Below are positions 1-8,824 of a DNA stretch of 64,000 bases, one piece after another; position 1 is the stretch's first letter; each line of letters opens with the position of its first letter. Both the position numbers and the translations under genes were made by a program. Below the pieces are notes generated by a model. It was not told the origin of the DNA, searched no databases, and was given only the letters and a program-made list of their open reading frames with translations. Source of the stretch: an uncultured Actinomycetes bacterium (lineage in GTDB: Bacteria; Actinomycetota; Acidimicrobiia; Acidimicrobiales; RAAP-2); the NCBI GenBank assembly GCA_903874965.1, contig CAIQUD010000122.1:31780-95779 (forward strand), read 5' to 3'.

Positions 1-1329
1 ACTCACCAACAACGCCTCAGGTCCGCCAGCCAACTCCACGTAGCGCTTGCCTTGCTCAACAGGCGGATGTGGGTTGAGATGGGCTGGGTTGGCGTCGAAA
101 TACCCGAGGTAGAAGTTGTAGACCGCCTTCGAGTTGTGGCTAACTGATCCGTAGTAGCCACGGTTACACCAATGCGCCCCCAAATCTTCTGGCCATTCGA
201 GCTCTTCGGCGATCTCGTTCATCGTGGCTCCGGAATTGGCCAAACGAAGTGTTTGGTCATGGAGAAACTTGTAGGCATCTCGTTGGGCCTCAAGGAAGCT
301 CCGCACCGCAGCATTGCCCCAGGTTGGCCAATGGTGTTGTGCGAAGCAGACTTCTGCCTCCCCAAAGAGCTCCAACGTCACGTTCAAGTAGTGCACCCAC
401 GCCTTGGCATCTCTCGTCTTCGCGCCACGCAAGGTATACAGATTGTGAAGGACGTGACAGGCGTCTTCGGCCGAACACAGCGCCTTCCACTCTGGCAAAT
501 AGAAGAGCAGTTCCGCCGGAGCTTCTGTTTCTGGTGCGAGCAAGAAGGTGAACTGCACGCCATCGATGTTCACTTCTTCAACTGGCTCGGTGATTTCAAC
601 CGTTGGTGGAATCAGATTCACTTGCCCGGTCGAGGTGGTGAGCCCAAGTCCATTGGACAGAAGACCCCTCGGGCCAACGGGGATGGTGTTGCCGTACATG
701 TACTGCGCTCGGCGCCCCATGGCAATCCCGGCAAGAACTGACTCGGCAACCGCTGCGGCCATGAACCCAACAGGAGCATAAATCGGCACGGTGTTGTTGG
801 CGACTTCATCGTCGGTAAGGACGCCCATGACGCCCCCGAAATGATCCGGGTGGGAGTGGGTGTAAATGACGGCGACGACCGGTCGATCTCCGCGATGTTC
901 GCGATAGAGCTCAAGTGCGGTCCGAGCAGCCTCTGCGGAGATCAGTGGGTCAACGACAATGATCCCGTTGTCAGACTCAATGAAGTCAATATTCGAAATG
1001 TCGGCAGTTCGAACTTGATAGATCGGCCCTTCCACATGGAAGAGGCCACCAATTGCTAAGAGTTCTGTTTGCCGCCACAACGAAGGATTTGCTTCGTCCG
1101 GTCGTGGACCAGCCACAAGCTCGACAAATCGCTGCTGATCCCAAATGACTCGACCATTCGCGTTGTCAATGACTCCGGCATTTGGCAGTGGTGCCATGAG
1201 CCCTCGTCGAGCGTCAGCAAAATCTTGTTGATCGTCGAAGTTGAGAGCGTGAAGGACGCTGGCGTTCTTCGCAACTGTGGAGGCAGTCGGTGGGCCGGGA
1301 ATCCACTGCTTTGGTTGTTCAGGTGTCAT
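1..1329 (-). CDS. MBL-fold alkyl/aryl-sulfatase (SdsA1/BDS1-like); 3' end runs off the window start
   Basis: Absent from the ORF track because the frame is open to position 1. My minus-strand translation from ATG 1329 reads MTPEQPKQW...NFDDQQDFADARRGLMAP...VIYTHSHPDHFGGVMGV... The THSHxDHFGG metallo-beta-lactamase motif and the N-terminal DFxxAxRG segment are typical of SdsA1-type sulfatases. No in-frame stop down to position 1. Confidence 0.8.
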   Translation of the reverse strand, partial: MTPEQPKQWIPGPPTASTVAKNASVLHALNFDDQQDFADARRGLMAPLPNAGVIDNANGRVIWDQQRFVELVAGPRPDEANPSLWRQTELLAIGGLFHVEGPIYQVRTADISNIDFIESDNGIIVVDPLISAEAARTALELYREHRGDRPVVAVIYTHSHPDHFGGVMGVLTDDEVANNTVPIYAPVGFMAAAVAESVLAGIAMGRRAQYMYGNTIPVGPRGLLSNGLGLTTSTGQVNLIPPTVEITEPVEEVNIDGVQFTFLLAPETEAPAELLFYLPEWKALCSAEDACHVLHNLYTLRGAKTRDAKAWVHYLNVTLELFGEAEVCFAQHHWPTWGNAAVRSFLEAQRDAYKFLHDQTLRLANSGATMNEIAEELEWPEDLGAHWCNRGYYGSVSHNSKAVYNFYLGYFDANPAHLNPHPPVEQGKRYVELAGGPEALLVS

Positions 1330-1832
1330 GACGGGTCACTTGGTTGGTAGTACGAGTTGATCGGGCGTCCACGGGCCGCGAGAACGTCATCGACGGTTGG
1401 CAGAGCCTTTTGGCCGTTTCGAATTGCTAGGTAGGTCGCCTCTGCATTGTTCTTGTACACAAGGTCCGCATCAGCAGCCTCGGGATTGATCCACAGCGCG
1501 CAGATGAGCACCAAGTCCTCAATCTCTGCTCGTGGGACCAGACCTTCTGCGACGGCTCGCAACACGCCATGCGCAACGCCTGCCTGGCCAGCACCCCATA
1601 AGAGATGTTGGTGGCGAGGGGTTGCCGTCGTTGCCTTGGAGACAATCAAGGTCGGCGGCTTGACCGCCATGTTTGGTTGGAGGCAAGCGACAAACGAGGC
1701 GTGTCCTTCGCTCGGTGTTGCGAGCGCGGTCATCCAAGCGGTGCCTACTGGGCCACTGCGATTCCCGAGAATGGTGTTGACGTGGGCGGCATTGACCCCT
1801 TCACCAACGCAAGCTTCTCCGATATGACTCAT
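1326..1832 (-). CDS. fae: formaldehyde-activating enzyme (Fae) family protein
   Basis: ORF 1326..1844. MSHIGEACVGEGVNAAHVNTILGNRSGPVG...GVAHGVLRAVAEGLVP...INPEAAD parallels methylotroph Fae ([25 protein letters not shown]...) along the whole length. Start set to ATG 1832, which forms an ATGA overlap with the upstream stop. Confidence 0.8.
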   Translation of the reverse strand: MSHIGEACVGEGVNAAHVNTILGNRSGPVGTAWMTALATPSEGHASFVACLQPNMAVKPPTLIVSKATTATPRHQHLLWGAGQAGVAHGVLRAVAEGLVPRAEIEDLVLICALWINPEAADADLVYKNNAEATYLAIRNGQKALPTVDDVLAARGRPINSYYQPSDPS

Positions 1833-2662
1833 TGGGAACTCCATTCGAGTGGTGGGTGAACGAGCGGCTCCGTGCGACCGTACCGGGTCTGGCGTAAGGC
1901 GGCAGACCCCAATCGACCTTCAACGGTGTCGTAGGCGAGAAGGCCAACGTGTCGAAGTCGGCTTCCCCGAATGGGGCTAACTCGGTGAAGAGAATTTCGC
2001 CCCTCAAAGATCAGAAGCGTTCCAGGAGTCATTTCGAGAACCAGCACCTTTTCTTGGTCTCCGGCGAGAATGTCGGCGACCTCACTGAAGTGCTCGTCGT
2101 CTGCCGTTCGAGTGTTTGGAACCACTTCAAAGTCACCGCCGGCATCGGCGCTTTGAATGGCCAAACTCACGACGAAGTCCGTCTGGTCGTAGTGCCATTG
2201 GAGTTCGTCACCCTCGCCCATCACCGCCAGATTGAGCGCGCCAAAGGGATCGCCATAGGGAAACAGTGGTCCAACATCGACAATCGCGGCAATGAACGAG
2301 GTGAGTGCAGCCATCTCATAGAGCTGACGGAGTGGCGAAGACGTTGGAACGGCGTCATAAGGAATTGCTCGAACCGCGTAGGGCATCACCGTGGCGAGCG
2401 GATGGTTGGCGGCAACGGTCGTATCAGGAGCTGCCAGGTAGGCCGTTCCTCGACCAGAGGAGCGAAAAGCCGTTGGGGCACCCTCTTCGGCATCGGCCAC
2501 AAGTGCGGCCACGCCCTCTCTAGTGACAAAGCCTGGAAGTTCGGCATAACCAAATTCGGCCAGTTGTCGCTTCGCTGCGGCGACGACGGCATGGAACTGC
2601 TCACTTGCCGGATCGTGGATTGGATACTGATCAAGTTGGAGGAATTGCTCGAGAACGTCCAC
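1829..2662 (-). CDS. 2-oxoglutarate/Fe(II)-dependent oxygenase
   Basis: ORF 1829..2758. HxD...H facial-triad candidates (WHYDQTD ... SLHRVSP). The ORF-track start overlaps the divergent MFS gene, so GTG 2662 (VDVLEQF...) is preferred. The exact start is uncertain. Confidence 0.6.
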   Translation of the reverse strand: MDVLEQFLQLDQYPIHDPASEQFHAVVAAAKRQLAEFGYAELPGFVTREGVAALVADAEEGAPTAFRSSGRGTAYLAAPDTTVAANHPLATVMPYAVRAIPYDAVPTSSPLRQLYEMAALTSFIAAIVDVGPLFPYGDPFGALNLAVMGEGDELQWHYDQTDFVVSLAIQSADAGGDFEVVPNTRTADDEHFSEVADILAGDQEKVLVLEMTPGTLLIFEGRNSLHRVSPIRGSRLRHVGLLAYDTVEGRLGSAALRQTRYGRTEPLVHPPLEWSSQ

Positions 2663-2727
2663 ACACCAACGATAGGTCGGAGCCAACCAACACGCAGGGG
2701 GTTCAGCCCATTCCCTAGGCTGCCCCC

Positions 2728-3957
2728 ATGGCCCGGCTCTTTGTGGACACCACGCCACTCAAGAAGTCCAGAGAATTCCGGCTCCTCTTCATTGGCTTCC
2801 TCGTCTCAACGGTTGGTAATCAACTCACCTTGGTCGCCATTCCGTGGCAGGTGTACCACGAGACGCATTCATCGTTTCAAGTGGGGTTGATCTCCGCAGC
2901 GCAACTCATGCCGCTCATCTGCGGATCACTGCTTGGCGGCTCGGTTGGCGACCACATGGATCGCAAAAAGATCATGTTGTGGACCTCAATTGCGCTCTCG
3001 ACAACAAGTGCACTCCTTGCCGTCAACGCATGGATCTTCAGTTCGAATCTCGCCATCCTCTATGGGATTGCCATGGTCGCCGCCTTTCTTGCTGGATTCT
3101 CCAATCCATCGCGCACCGCAGCGATTCCGCTCTTAGTTGAAGGAGAACACCTTCAAGCTGCACTGGCGTTCAACCAAATCGTGTTGCAATTCGGCGGGGT
3201 CATCGGCCCGCTCATTGGCGCGGTGTCCATTGCCCTGATCGGCATTCCAATGACCTATGCCTTTGATGCGCTGAGTTTTTCTGCGGTAGTCGTTACCTCG
3301 CTGATGCTGAAGCCGATTCCTCCAGCCCCGGGAGCAATGAGGCCGGGTCTCAAATCCATTGTTGAAGGCTTCAGCTTCTTACGAGGGAAGCCCGTCTTGC
3401 AGGGCGTGTACCTCGTTGACCTCAACGCCATGATCTTTGGGTTGCCACGAGCGCTCTTCCCCGCAATGGCGATCACGGTCTTCCACGGAGGACCCGGGGT
3501 ACTCGGCCTGTTGACTGCAGCACCAGGCATTGGTGCCTTCCTCGGTGCGATCACAACGGGCTGGCTCGTGAAGGTTCGCCGACGAGGGCGCGCCATTTCG
3601 ATTTCGGTGGCGGTTTGGGGAGCGGCGATGGTCGGCTTCGGCCTGACGAAGAGCCTCATCCTTGCCTTGCTGTTCTTAGCGGTCGCCGGATGGGCTGACG
3701 TCCTGTCGGCGGTGCTTAGAAACACCATCCTGCAGACCTCGATCCCAGATCACTTCAGGTCGAGGTTGTCGGCAATTCAGATTGCCGTCGTCCAAGGTGG
3801 ACCGAAGTTGGGTGATCTTGAGTCAGGTGCGGTTGCCGCCCTCAGTTCAACCGCGGTGAGCGTCGTCTCTGGAGGGCTCCTCTGCATGCTCGGCGTGGCC
3901 GTTCTCGCAGTTCGGCGACCACAGTTCTATGAAGAACAAGCCCCAGAAACTGCTTAG
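2728..3957 (+). CDS. MFS transporter (ENTS/MFS_3-like)
   Basis: 409 aa with about 12 hydrophobic segments. The N-terminal REFRLLFIGFLVSTVGNQL and the GDHMDRKK loop are typical of major-facilitator exporters. Confidence 0.8.
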   Translation: MARLFVDTTPLKKSREFRLLFIGFLVSTVGNQLTLVAIPWQVYHETHSSFQVGLISAAQLMPLICGSLLGGSVGDHMDRKKIMLWTSIALSTTSALLAVNAWIFSSNLAILYGIAMVAAFLAGFSNPSRTAAIPLLVEGEHLQAALAFNQIVLQFGGVIGPLIGAVSIALIGIPMTYAFDALSFSAVVVTSLMLKPIPPAPGAMRPGLKSIVEGFSFLRGKPVLQGVYLVDLNAMIFGLPRALFPAMAITVFHGGPGVLGLLTAAPGIGAFLGAITTGWLVKVRRRGRAISISVAVWGAAMVGFGLTKSLILALLFLAVAGWADVLSAVLRNTILQTSIPDHFRSRLSAIQIAVVQGGPKLGDLESGAVAALSSTAVSVVSGGLLCMLGVAVLAVRRPQFYEEQAPETA

Positions 3958-4009
3958 GAACTCCAGTTTGAGTCGCCAAACGGAGAGATCGCTGGGCTAG
4001 GTTAAGCGG

Positions 4010-5197
4010 GTGACTGAGCTCCGACTCGAAGACTACAAACCAACGTTTCGACCGGATATTCAAGCCCTTCGAGCACTTGCCGTGGTGCTGGTGGTGCTGT
4101 TCCATGCGAGCATTCCCGGAATCCATGGCGGATTCCTCGGCGTTGATGTCTTCTTCGTTATCTCGGGCTTCGTCATTACTGGTGTCTTGCTCCATGAGCG
4201 GGTGGCAACCAATGGCACCTCAATTCTCGATTTCTATGGCCGCCGAATCCGTCGAATTCTTCCGGCGGCAACCGTCACGATCATCCTCACGATCTTTGCC
4301 ACCTACCACTGGCTGGCATTTATTTCCGGAGACAAGGTCGCTAACGATGCCAAGTGGGTCACGGCATTTCTTGGAAACTTTCACTTCGCAACGACCGGAA
4401 CCCAATACTTCGGCGCGTCAGATCCACCCTCAACGCTGACCCAGTTCTGGTCGCTGGCGGTTGAAGAGCAGTTCTACTTGGTCTGGCCACTGCTCTTCTT
4501 GGGACTCGCCGCCCTCTTGCCAAAGCGATTCGCTCGCACGAGTCTTCTCACTGGGCTTGGAACCATCATCGCTGGATCGCTGTTCTTCAGCGTTGTCCAG
4601 ACCGGAAGCAATCCCGTCCAGGCGTTCTACTCACCCTTCACTCGGGCATGGGAACTCGGTCTCGGAGCATTCTTGGCAGTGCTCACCCCGGTGTTGAAGG
4701 ACAAGGCGCCGAAGCTTGGGACTTGGTTCGGGCTTGCTGGTTGTGCCGTCATTGGGGTGTGTACCTGGATGTATACGAGCCAAACGGCGGCATCGTCATG
4801 GCCAGGCTGGCGAGCGGCAGTTCCCGTTGCCGCGACTGGCCTCGTCATTGCCGGCGGCACGCTTCGTCAGAGTTCAGGATTTGGTTTCCTGACCAACTTC
4901 CGAGTGATTCAGTGGTTCGGAGCGATTTCGTTCTCGCTCTACTTGGTCCACTATCCAATTATTCAGATTGCGGTCCAACATGGCTTTGGTCAGCCATTGT
5001 CGACCTGGACCAATGTGCAACTGGTTGCACTTTCGATTGCGGTTGCTGCCGTCTCGTTCTATGCAATCGAGCAACCGTTCCGGAAGTTCAAGTTCTTCCT
5101 CAATCATCGCTGGGCAACCTACGTACTCGGAGCAGCGCTCATCGGTGCGAGCTATGCAGCGATTTACTGGCACCTCCACAACAACGGGGCGATCTAG
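4010..5197 (+). CDS. acyltransferase family 3 (OafA/YrhL-like) membrane protein
   Basis: 395-aa polytopic protein. RPDIQALRALAVVLVVLFHA...GGFLGVDVFFVISGF is the Acyl_transf_3 signature. Confidence 0.8.
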   Translation: MTELRLEDYKPTFRPDIQALRALAVVLVVLFHASIPGIHGGFLGVDVFFVISGFVITGVLLHERVATNGTSILDFYGRRIRRILPAATVTIILTIFATYHWLAFISGDKVANDAKWVTAFLGNFHFATTGTQYFGASDPPSTLTQFWSLAVEEQFYLVWPLLFLGLAALLPKRFARTSLLTGLGTIIAGSLFFSVVQTGSNPVQAFYSPFTRAWELGLGAFLAVLTPVLKDKAPKLGTWFGLAGCAVIGVCTWMYTSQTAASSWPGWRAAVPVAATGLVIAGGTLRQSSGFGFLTNFRVIQWFGAISFSLYLVHYPIIQIAVQHGFGQPLSTWTNVQLVALSIAVAAVSFYAIEQPFRKFKFFLNHRWATYVLGAALIGASYAAIYWHLHNNGAI

Positions 5198-5215
5198 ACC
5201 ATCGCTGGTAGTTGC

Positions 5216-6256
5216 TCAGATATTGCCGGTTGAGGTCCGAAGCGTGGCTCGAACTGCCTCTGCCGCCAACTGTCCGCATGCCGCGTCAATCTCGACACCA
5301 CGGGTGCGGCGCACCGTCGCATTCACCCCAAGTTCCGTCAGGTCTGCGGCAAAGTCCCGAACCGCTTGAGCCGAACTACCCCTAACAAGGTAACCAGGCG
5401 TTGGATTGAGCGGGATGAGATTCACGTGCGCTCGAAGTGGTCGAACGAATGCTGCGAGTTCTCTGGCAGCTTGCTCGGTGTCATTGACCCCATCAATGAG
5501 CGCCCACTCGATGCTCAAACGCCGACCTGTTGTTTCGACATACTCCTCGCACGCGGCGAAGAGATCAGCGAGTGGATACCGAGCGTTCATCGGCACGAGT
5601 GAAGTACGCGTGGTGTCGTTGGCAGCATGGAGGGAAACCGCGAGGTTGACCGGCAAGTCGGCTGCGGTGAGTTTCTTGATGCCGGGAATGATGCCAACGG
5701 TTGAAACGGTGAGTCGCCTCGCCGAGAGACCAAGGTCATCGTGGAGCCGATGAATTGCGGTCCACAGTCGATCAAAGTTGGCCAAGGGCTCGCCCATCCC
5801 CATGAACACGACGTTGGAGAGCCTTCGAGGAAGCGCCTCTCTTGCCGCCACGATGAACTGCTCAACGATTTCTCCCGCAGTGAGATTCCGGGTGAAGCCC
5901 GCCTGCCCAGTTGCGCAGAACGTGCAACCCATCGCACAGCCCGCCTGGCTACTGAGACATGCGGTGACGCGGTCGTTGTACTCCATCAGGACGGTTTCGA
6001 CCGTGGCGCCGTCAGCGAGACGGAAGACCCACTTGGTCGTCTCGCCATTGTCTGCTGAACGTTTCGTGACTTCTTGAAGCGCGAGGGGGAGTTCTTGATC
6101 AAGTTGAACTCGAAGTGCCTTCGGCAGGGTCGTCGTCGACTCAACATCGGAGAGATTGCCGTAGAGGCCTTGCCAGACCTGGTCAATGCGGTAGCGAGGT
6201 TCTCCACTGAGGAGCTCACGCAGCTCCTCTTTGGTCACGTCGTAACGGGTTGGCAC
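5216..6256 (-). CDS. rlmN: 23S rRNA/tRNA (adenine-C2)-methyltransferase RlmN (radical SAM)
   Basis: CAMGCTFCATGQ CxxxCxxC cluster, C-terminal DAACGQL, full-length RlmN architecture. Confidence 0.9.
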   Translation of the reverse strand: MPTRYDVTKEELRELLSGEPRYRIDQVWQGLYGNLSDVESTTTLPKALRVQLDQELPLALQEVTKRSADNGETTKWVFRLADGATVETVLMEYNDRVTACLSSQAGCAMGCTFCATGQAGFTRNLTAGEIVEQFIVAAREALPRRLSNVVFMGMGEPLANFDRLWTAIHRLHDDLGLSARRLTVSTVGIIPGIKKLTAADLPVNLAVSLHAANDTTRTSLVPMNARYPLADLFAACEEYVETTGRRLSIEWALIDGVNDTEQAARELAAFVRPLRAHVNLIPLNPTPGYLVRGSSAQAVRDFAADLTELGVNATVRRTRGVEIDAACGQLAAEAVRATLRTSTGNI

Positions 6257-6363
6257 CCCCTCAGGCTAGGGCGCAGAGGGCAGGCGACGCGAGGGGTCAC
6301 GCCGCTCACCTACGCTTAGTCGGTCGTGGGCCAGAAGGCCCAACCTTCGAAGGGAGCATTCCA

Positions 6364-7140
6364 ATGGAACTCAGCCACACCTCTGCCATCGTCACCGGTG
6401 GCGCTTCAGGCCTCGGTGAAGCAACTGCCCGTGCGCTCGCCGCCCGTGGCGCCTCGGTCGTCATCGCCGACCTCAAGGCCGAAACCGGCGAAGCACTCGC
6501 CAAGGAAATCGGCGGCGTGTTCGTCCAGTGTGACGTCACCAACACCGACCAGATCATCGCTGCCATCGAGGCTGCACAAAAGCTCGGACCCCTCAAGAGT
6601 GTCGTGAACTCTGCTGGTCTTGGCTGGGCAACTCGCACCATTGGCAAGGATGGGGAATACGCCTCGGCGCACGACCTCGACATCTACCGCAAGATCATTG
6701 AGGTGAACCTCGTTGGCACGTTCAACGTCTGCCGCCTTGCCGCCACCAAGATGAGCCTCAACGAGCCCGATGAGTTCGGCGAGCGTGGAGCAATCGTGAA
6801 CGTTGCTTCTGTTGCGGCTGAAGACGGTCAAATTGGCCAGGTTGCCTACTCCTCATCCAAGGGTGGCGTTGTTGGCCTCACCCTTCCTCTTGCCCGTGAC
6901 CTCTCGGCAGTCGGTATCCGTGTCAACACCATCCTTCCTGGACTCATTGACACCCCGATCTACGGCACCGGCGAAGCATCAGAGGCCTTCAAGGCCAAGC
7001 TCGGAACTGGTGTCTTGTTCCCGAAGCGCCTTGGCCGAAGCGACGAGTTCGGCTCCTTGGCTGTCGAGTTGCTGTCCAACAGCTACATGAACGCAGAGAC
7101 CGTGCGCCTCGACGCCGGTATCCGGATGCAGCCAAAGTGA
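6364..7140 (+). CDS. SDR-family 3-hydroxyacyl-CoA dehydrogenase-like oxidoreductase
   Basis: TGGASGLGEA Rossmann motif, YSSSKGG (YxxxK) and PGLIDTP. Start moved from 6250 to ATG 6364 (MELSHTSAIVTGG). Confidence 0.85.
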   Translation: MELSHTSAIVTGGASGLGEATARALAARGASVVIADLKAETGEALAKEIGGVFVQCDVTNTDQIIAAIEAAQKLGPLKSVVNSAGLGWATRTIGKDGEYASAHDLDIYRKIIEVNLVGTFNVCRLAATKMSLNEPDEFGERGAIVNVASVAAEDGQIGQVAYSSSKGGVVGLTLPLARDLSAVGIRVNTILPGLIDTPIYGTGEASEAFKAKLGTGVLFPKRLGRSDEFGSLAVELLSNSYMNAETVRLDAGIRMQPK

Positions 7141-7146
7141 GTCGTT

Positions 7147-7216
7147 GCTCAGGCACTGCCTGAGCATCACGAACGTTTCACCGAGCAACACCCTGCCAAG
7201 TTTTGGCGGGGTGTTG
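7147..7216. terminator. two stem-loops between convergent genes (candidate bidirectional terminators)
   Basis: GCTCAGGC-act-GCCTGAGC (7147-7165) and CAACACCCTGCC-aagtttt-GGCGGGGTGTTG (7186-7216, one G-U pair). The second is followed by TTCTGTTT on the plus strand. Confidence 0.45.
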
Positions 7217-7255
7217 TTCTGTTTGGTGGGCTCGTCAACTCATGAGTACCACCAC

Positions 7256-8824
7256 TCAAAGGAGTGAAGGAATAACCGCCTCAATCAGGTTCGGTCCGGG
7301 TTCAGCCAGGGCTCGGCCGAGTTGTTCAGAGAACTCTTCGGCGGTCTCTGCCCTTGATGCCCTGACGCCGAAGCCATTTGCCAACGAGACGAAGTCCATT
7401 GTTGGTTGCGTCAAGTCGAGCATGGCTCGAGCCCGAGGACCGGGAACGCCTGCTCCCACTTGGTCAAGTTCCATGTTGAGCACGGCATACGAGCGGTTCG
7501 CCAAAATGATGGTCGTGACGTTGAGTCCTTCACGCGCCATGGTCCACAGTGCCTGCGCGGTGTAGAGGGCGCTCCCATCAGCCTGCAAGGCAAGGACCGG
7601 TCGATCTGGTGCGGCGATGGCCGCTCCGAGCGCAACGGGAAGACCTTGGCCAATAGCTCCTCCGGTGAGACTTAACCAATCGTGCTGCGGCGCACCAGCA
7701 GTGGCCCCCTTCACGAAGATCCCGCCGGTATTTCCTTCGTCAGAAACAATTGCTCCCTCGGGCAACAGATGGCCAATCGCTTGGGCAACTCCAGCGGCAT
7801 TGAGTGCCCCAGTTGGCAAGTCCGGGCGTCCTGTCTCGGCACGAGGTGACGTGTCCTCACCGGAGTCAACGAGGAACGACAAGGCTTCAAGCGCGGCAAG
7901 CACGTCATCCCCTGGGGCGGAGACCTGGTGAACAACGCAGTCCGACGGAACGAGTTTACTCATCTTGTTGGGATAGGCAAAGAACGACACTGGTGAGCTG
8001 GCATCGACCAACACGAGATGCTGAAGACCACTCATCTGCGCAACAGCAAAGTCGCCCAAGTAGGAGAGCTGTTCGACGGTGGGTTGTCCGGCTCCCCGCT
8101 CAAGGCGAGCCGGGAAGGTCTCACACAACAGGCGCGCTCCAGACCGAGCGGCAAGCGCGGCGACCAATTGGAATGCCTTCCCGTGACAGGCACGTCCCCC
8201 AATGAGAATGGCCGTTCGGCCGCGTCCTCGAAGGGCCGCTCCAGCAGCTTCGATCTGTCCTTCGTCAGGACGATTACCGCTTCCGCGAGGTGTCACGGTG
8301 CCGGGCCGTTGCGCAGTCACCTCGCTTTCGTTCCACGACACATCAGCCGGGATAATCAATGTCGCAACTGATCCGGGGGGTCCATAGGCGGCGTCGACTG
8401 CATCAAGGACGTCTTGACACAACCCTTCGGTCGTTGCAGCCGACCTGACAAAGGTGGAGACATTTCTCGCCAAGGTCTCAATGTCCGACTGCAACGGTGC
8501 ATCGAGGTGCTGGTGATGAGTCGCGTGATCTCCAACCAAGTTCACGATTGGACTTCTGGCCCGACGGGCGTTGTGGAGATTGGCAAGACCATTACCGAGT
8601 CCTGGACCGAGATGGAGCAACGTTGCCGCAGGCTTTCCGGTAATCCTTGCGTAGCCATCGGCCGCTCCAGTCGCCACCCCTTCGAAGAGCGCCAACACTC
8701 CTCGGAGTTTTGGCGCAGTGTCGAGAGCTGCAACGAGGTGCATCTCCGAGGTCCCTGGATTCATGAAGCAGGTATCGACTCCCGCGTCGAGAAGCGTTGA
8801 AACAACGCCTTGTGCACCATTCAT
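7256..8824 (-). CDS. thiamine-diphosphate enzyme, acetolactate-synthase large-subunit-like
   Basis: 522 aa. N-terminal FMNPGTSEMH Pyr domain. C-terminal GGAIGQGLPVALGAA...ADGSALYT...ILANRSY ThDP/Mg motif. Confidence 0.8.
   Translation of the reverse strand: MNGAQGVVSTLLDAGVDTCFMNPGTSEMHLVAALDTAPKLRGVLALFEGVATGAADGYARITGKPAATLLHLGPGLGNGLANLHNARRARSPIVNLVGDHATHHQHLDAPLQSDIETLARNVSTFVRSAATTEGLCQDVLDAVDAAYGPPGSVATLIIPADVSWNESEVTAQRPGTVTPRGSGNRPDEGQIEAAGAALRGRGRTAILIGGRACHGKAFQLVAALAARSGARLLCETFPARLERGAGQPTVEQLSYLGDFAVAQMSGLQHLVLVDASSPVSFFAYPNKMSKLVPSDCVVHQVSAPGDDVLAALEALSFLVDSGEDTSPRAETGRPDLPTGALNAAGVAQAIGHLLPEGAIVSDEGNTGGIFVKGATAGAPQHDWLSLTGGAIGQGLPVALGAAIAAPDRPVLALQADGSALYTAQALWTMAREGLNVTTIILANRSYAVLNMELDQVGAGVPGPRARAMLDLTQPTMDFVSLANGFGVRASRAETAEEFSEQLGRALAEPGPNLIEAVIPSLL

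Noticed and set aside
172-1350. Several 70-190-aa ORFs at the left edge (172..741, 618..914, 1069..1350 and others)
   Set aside because: All lie inside or antisense to the edge-truncated sulfatase gene, which reads cleanly on the minus strand from 1329 to 1.
1949-2890. 313-aa plus-strand ORF
   Set aside because: It is antisense to the 2OG-oxygenase gene and runs into the MFS gene. It is R/S/G-rich low complexity with no family signature.
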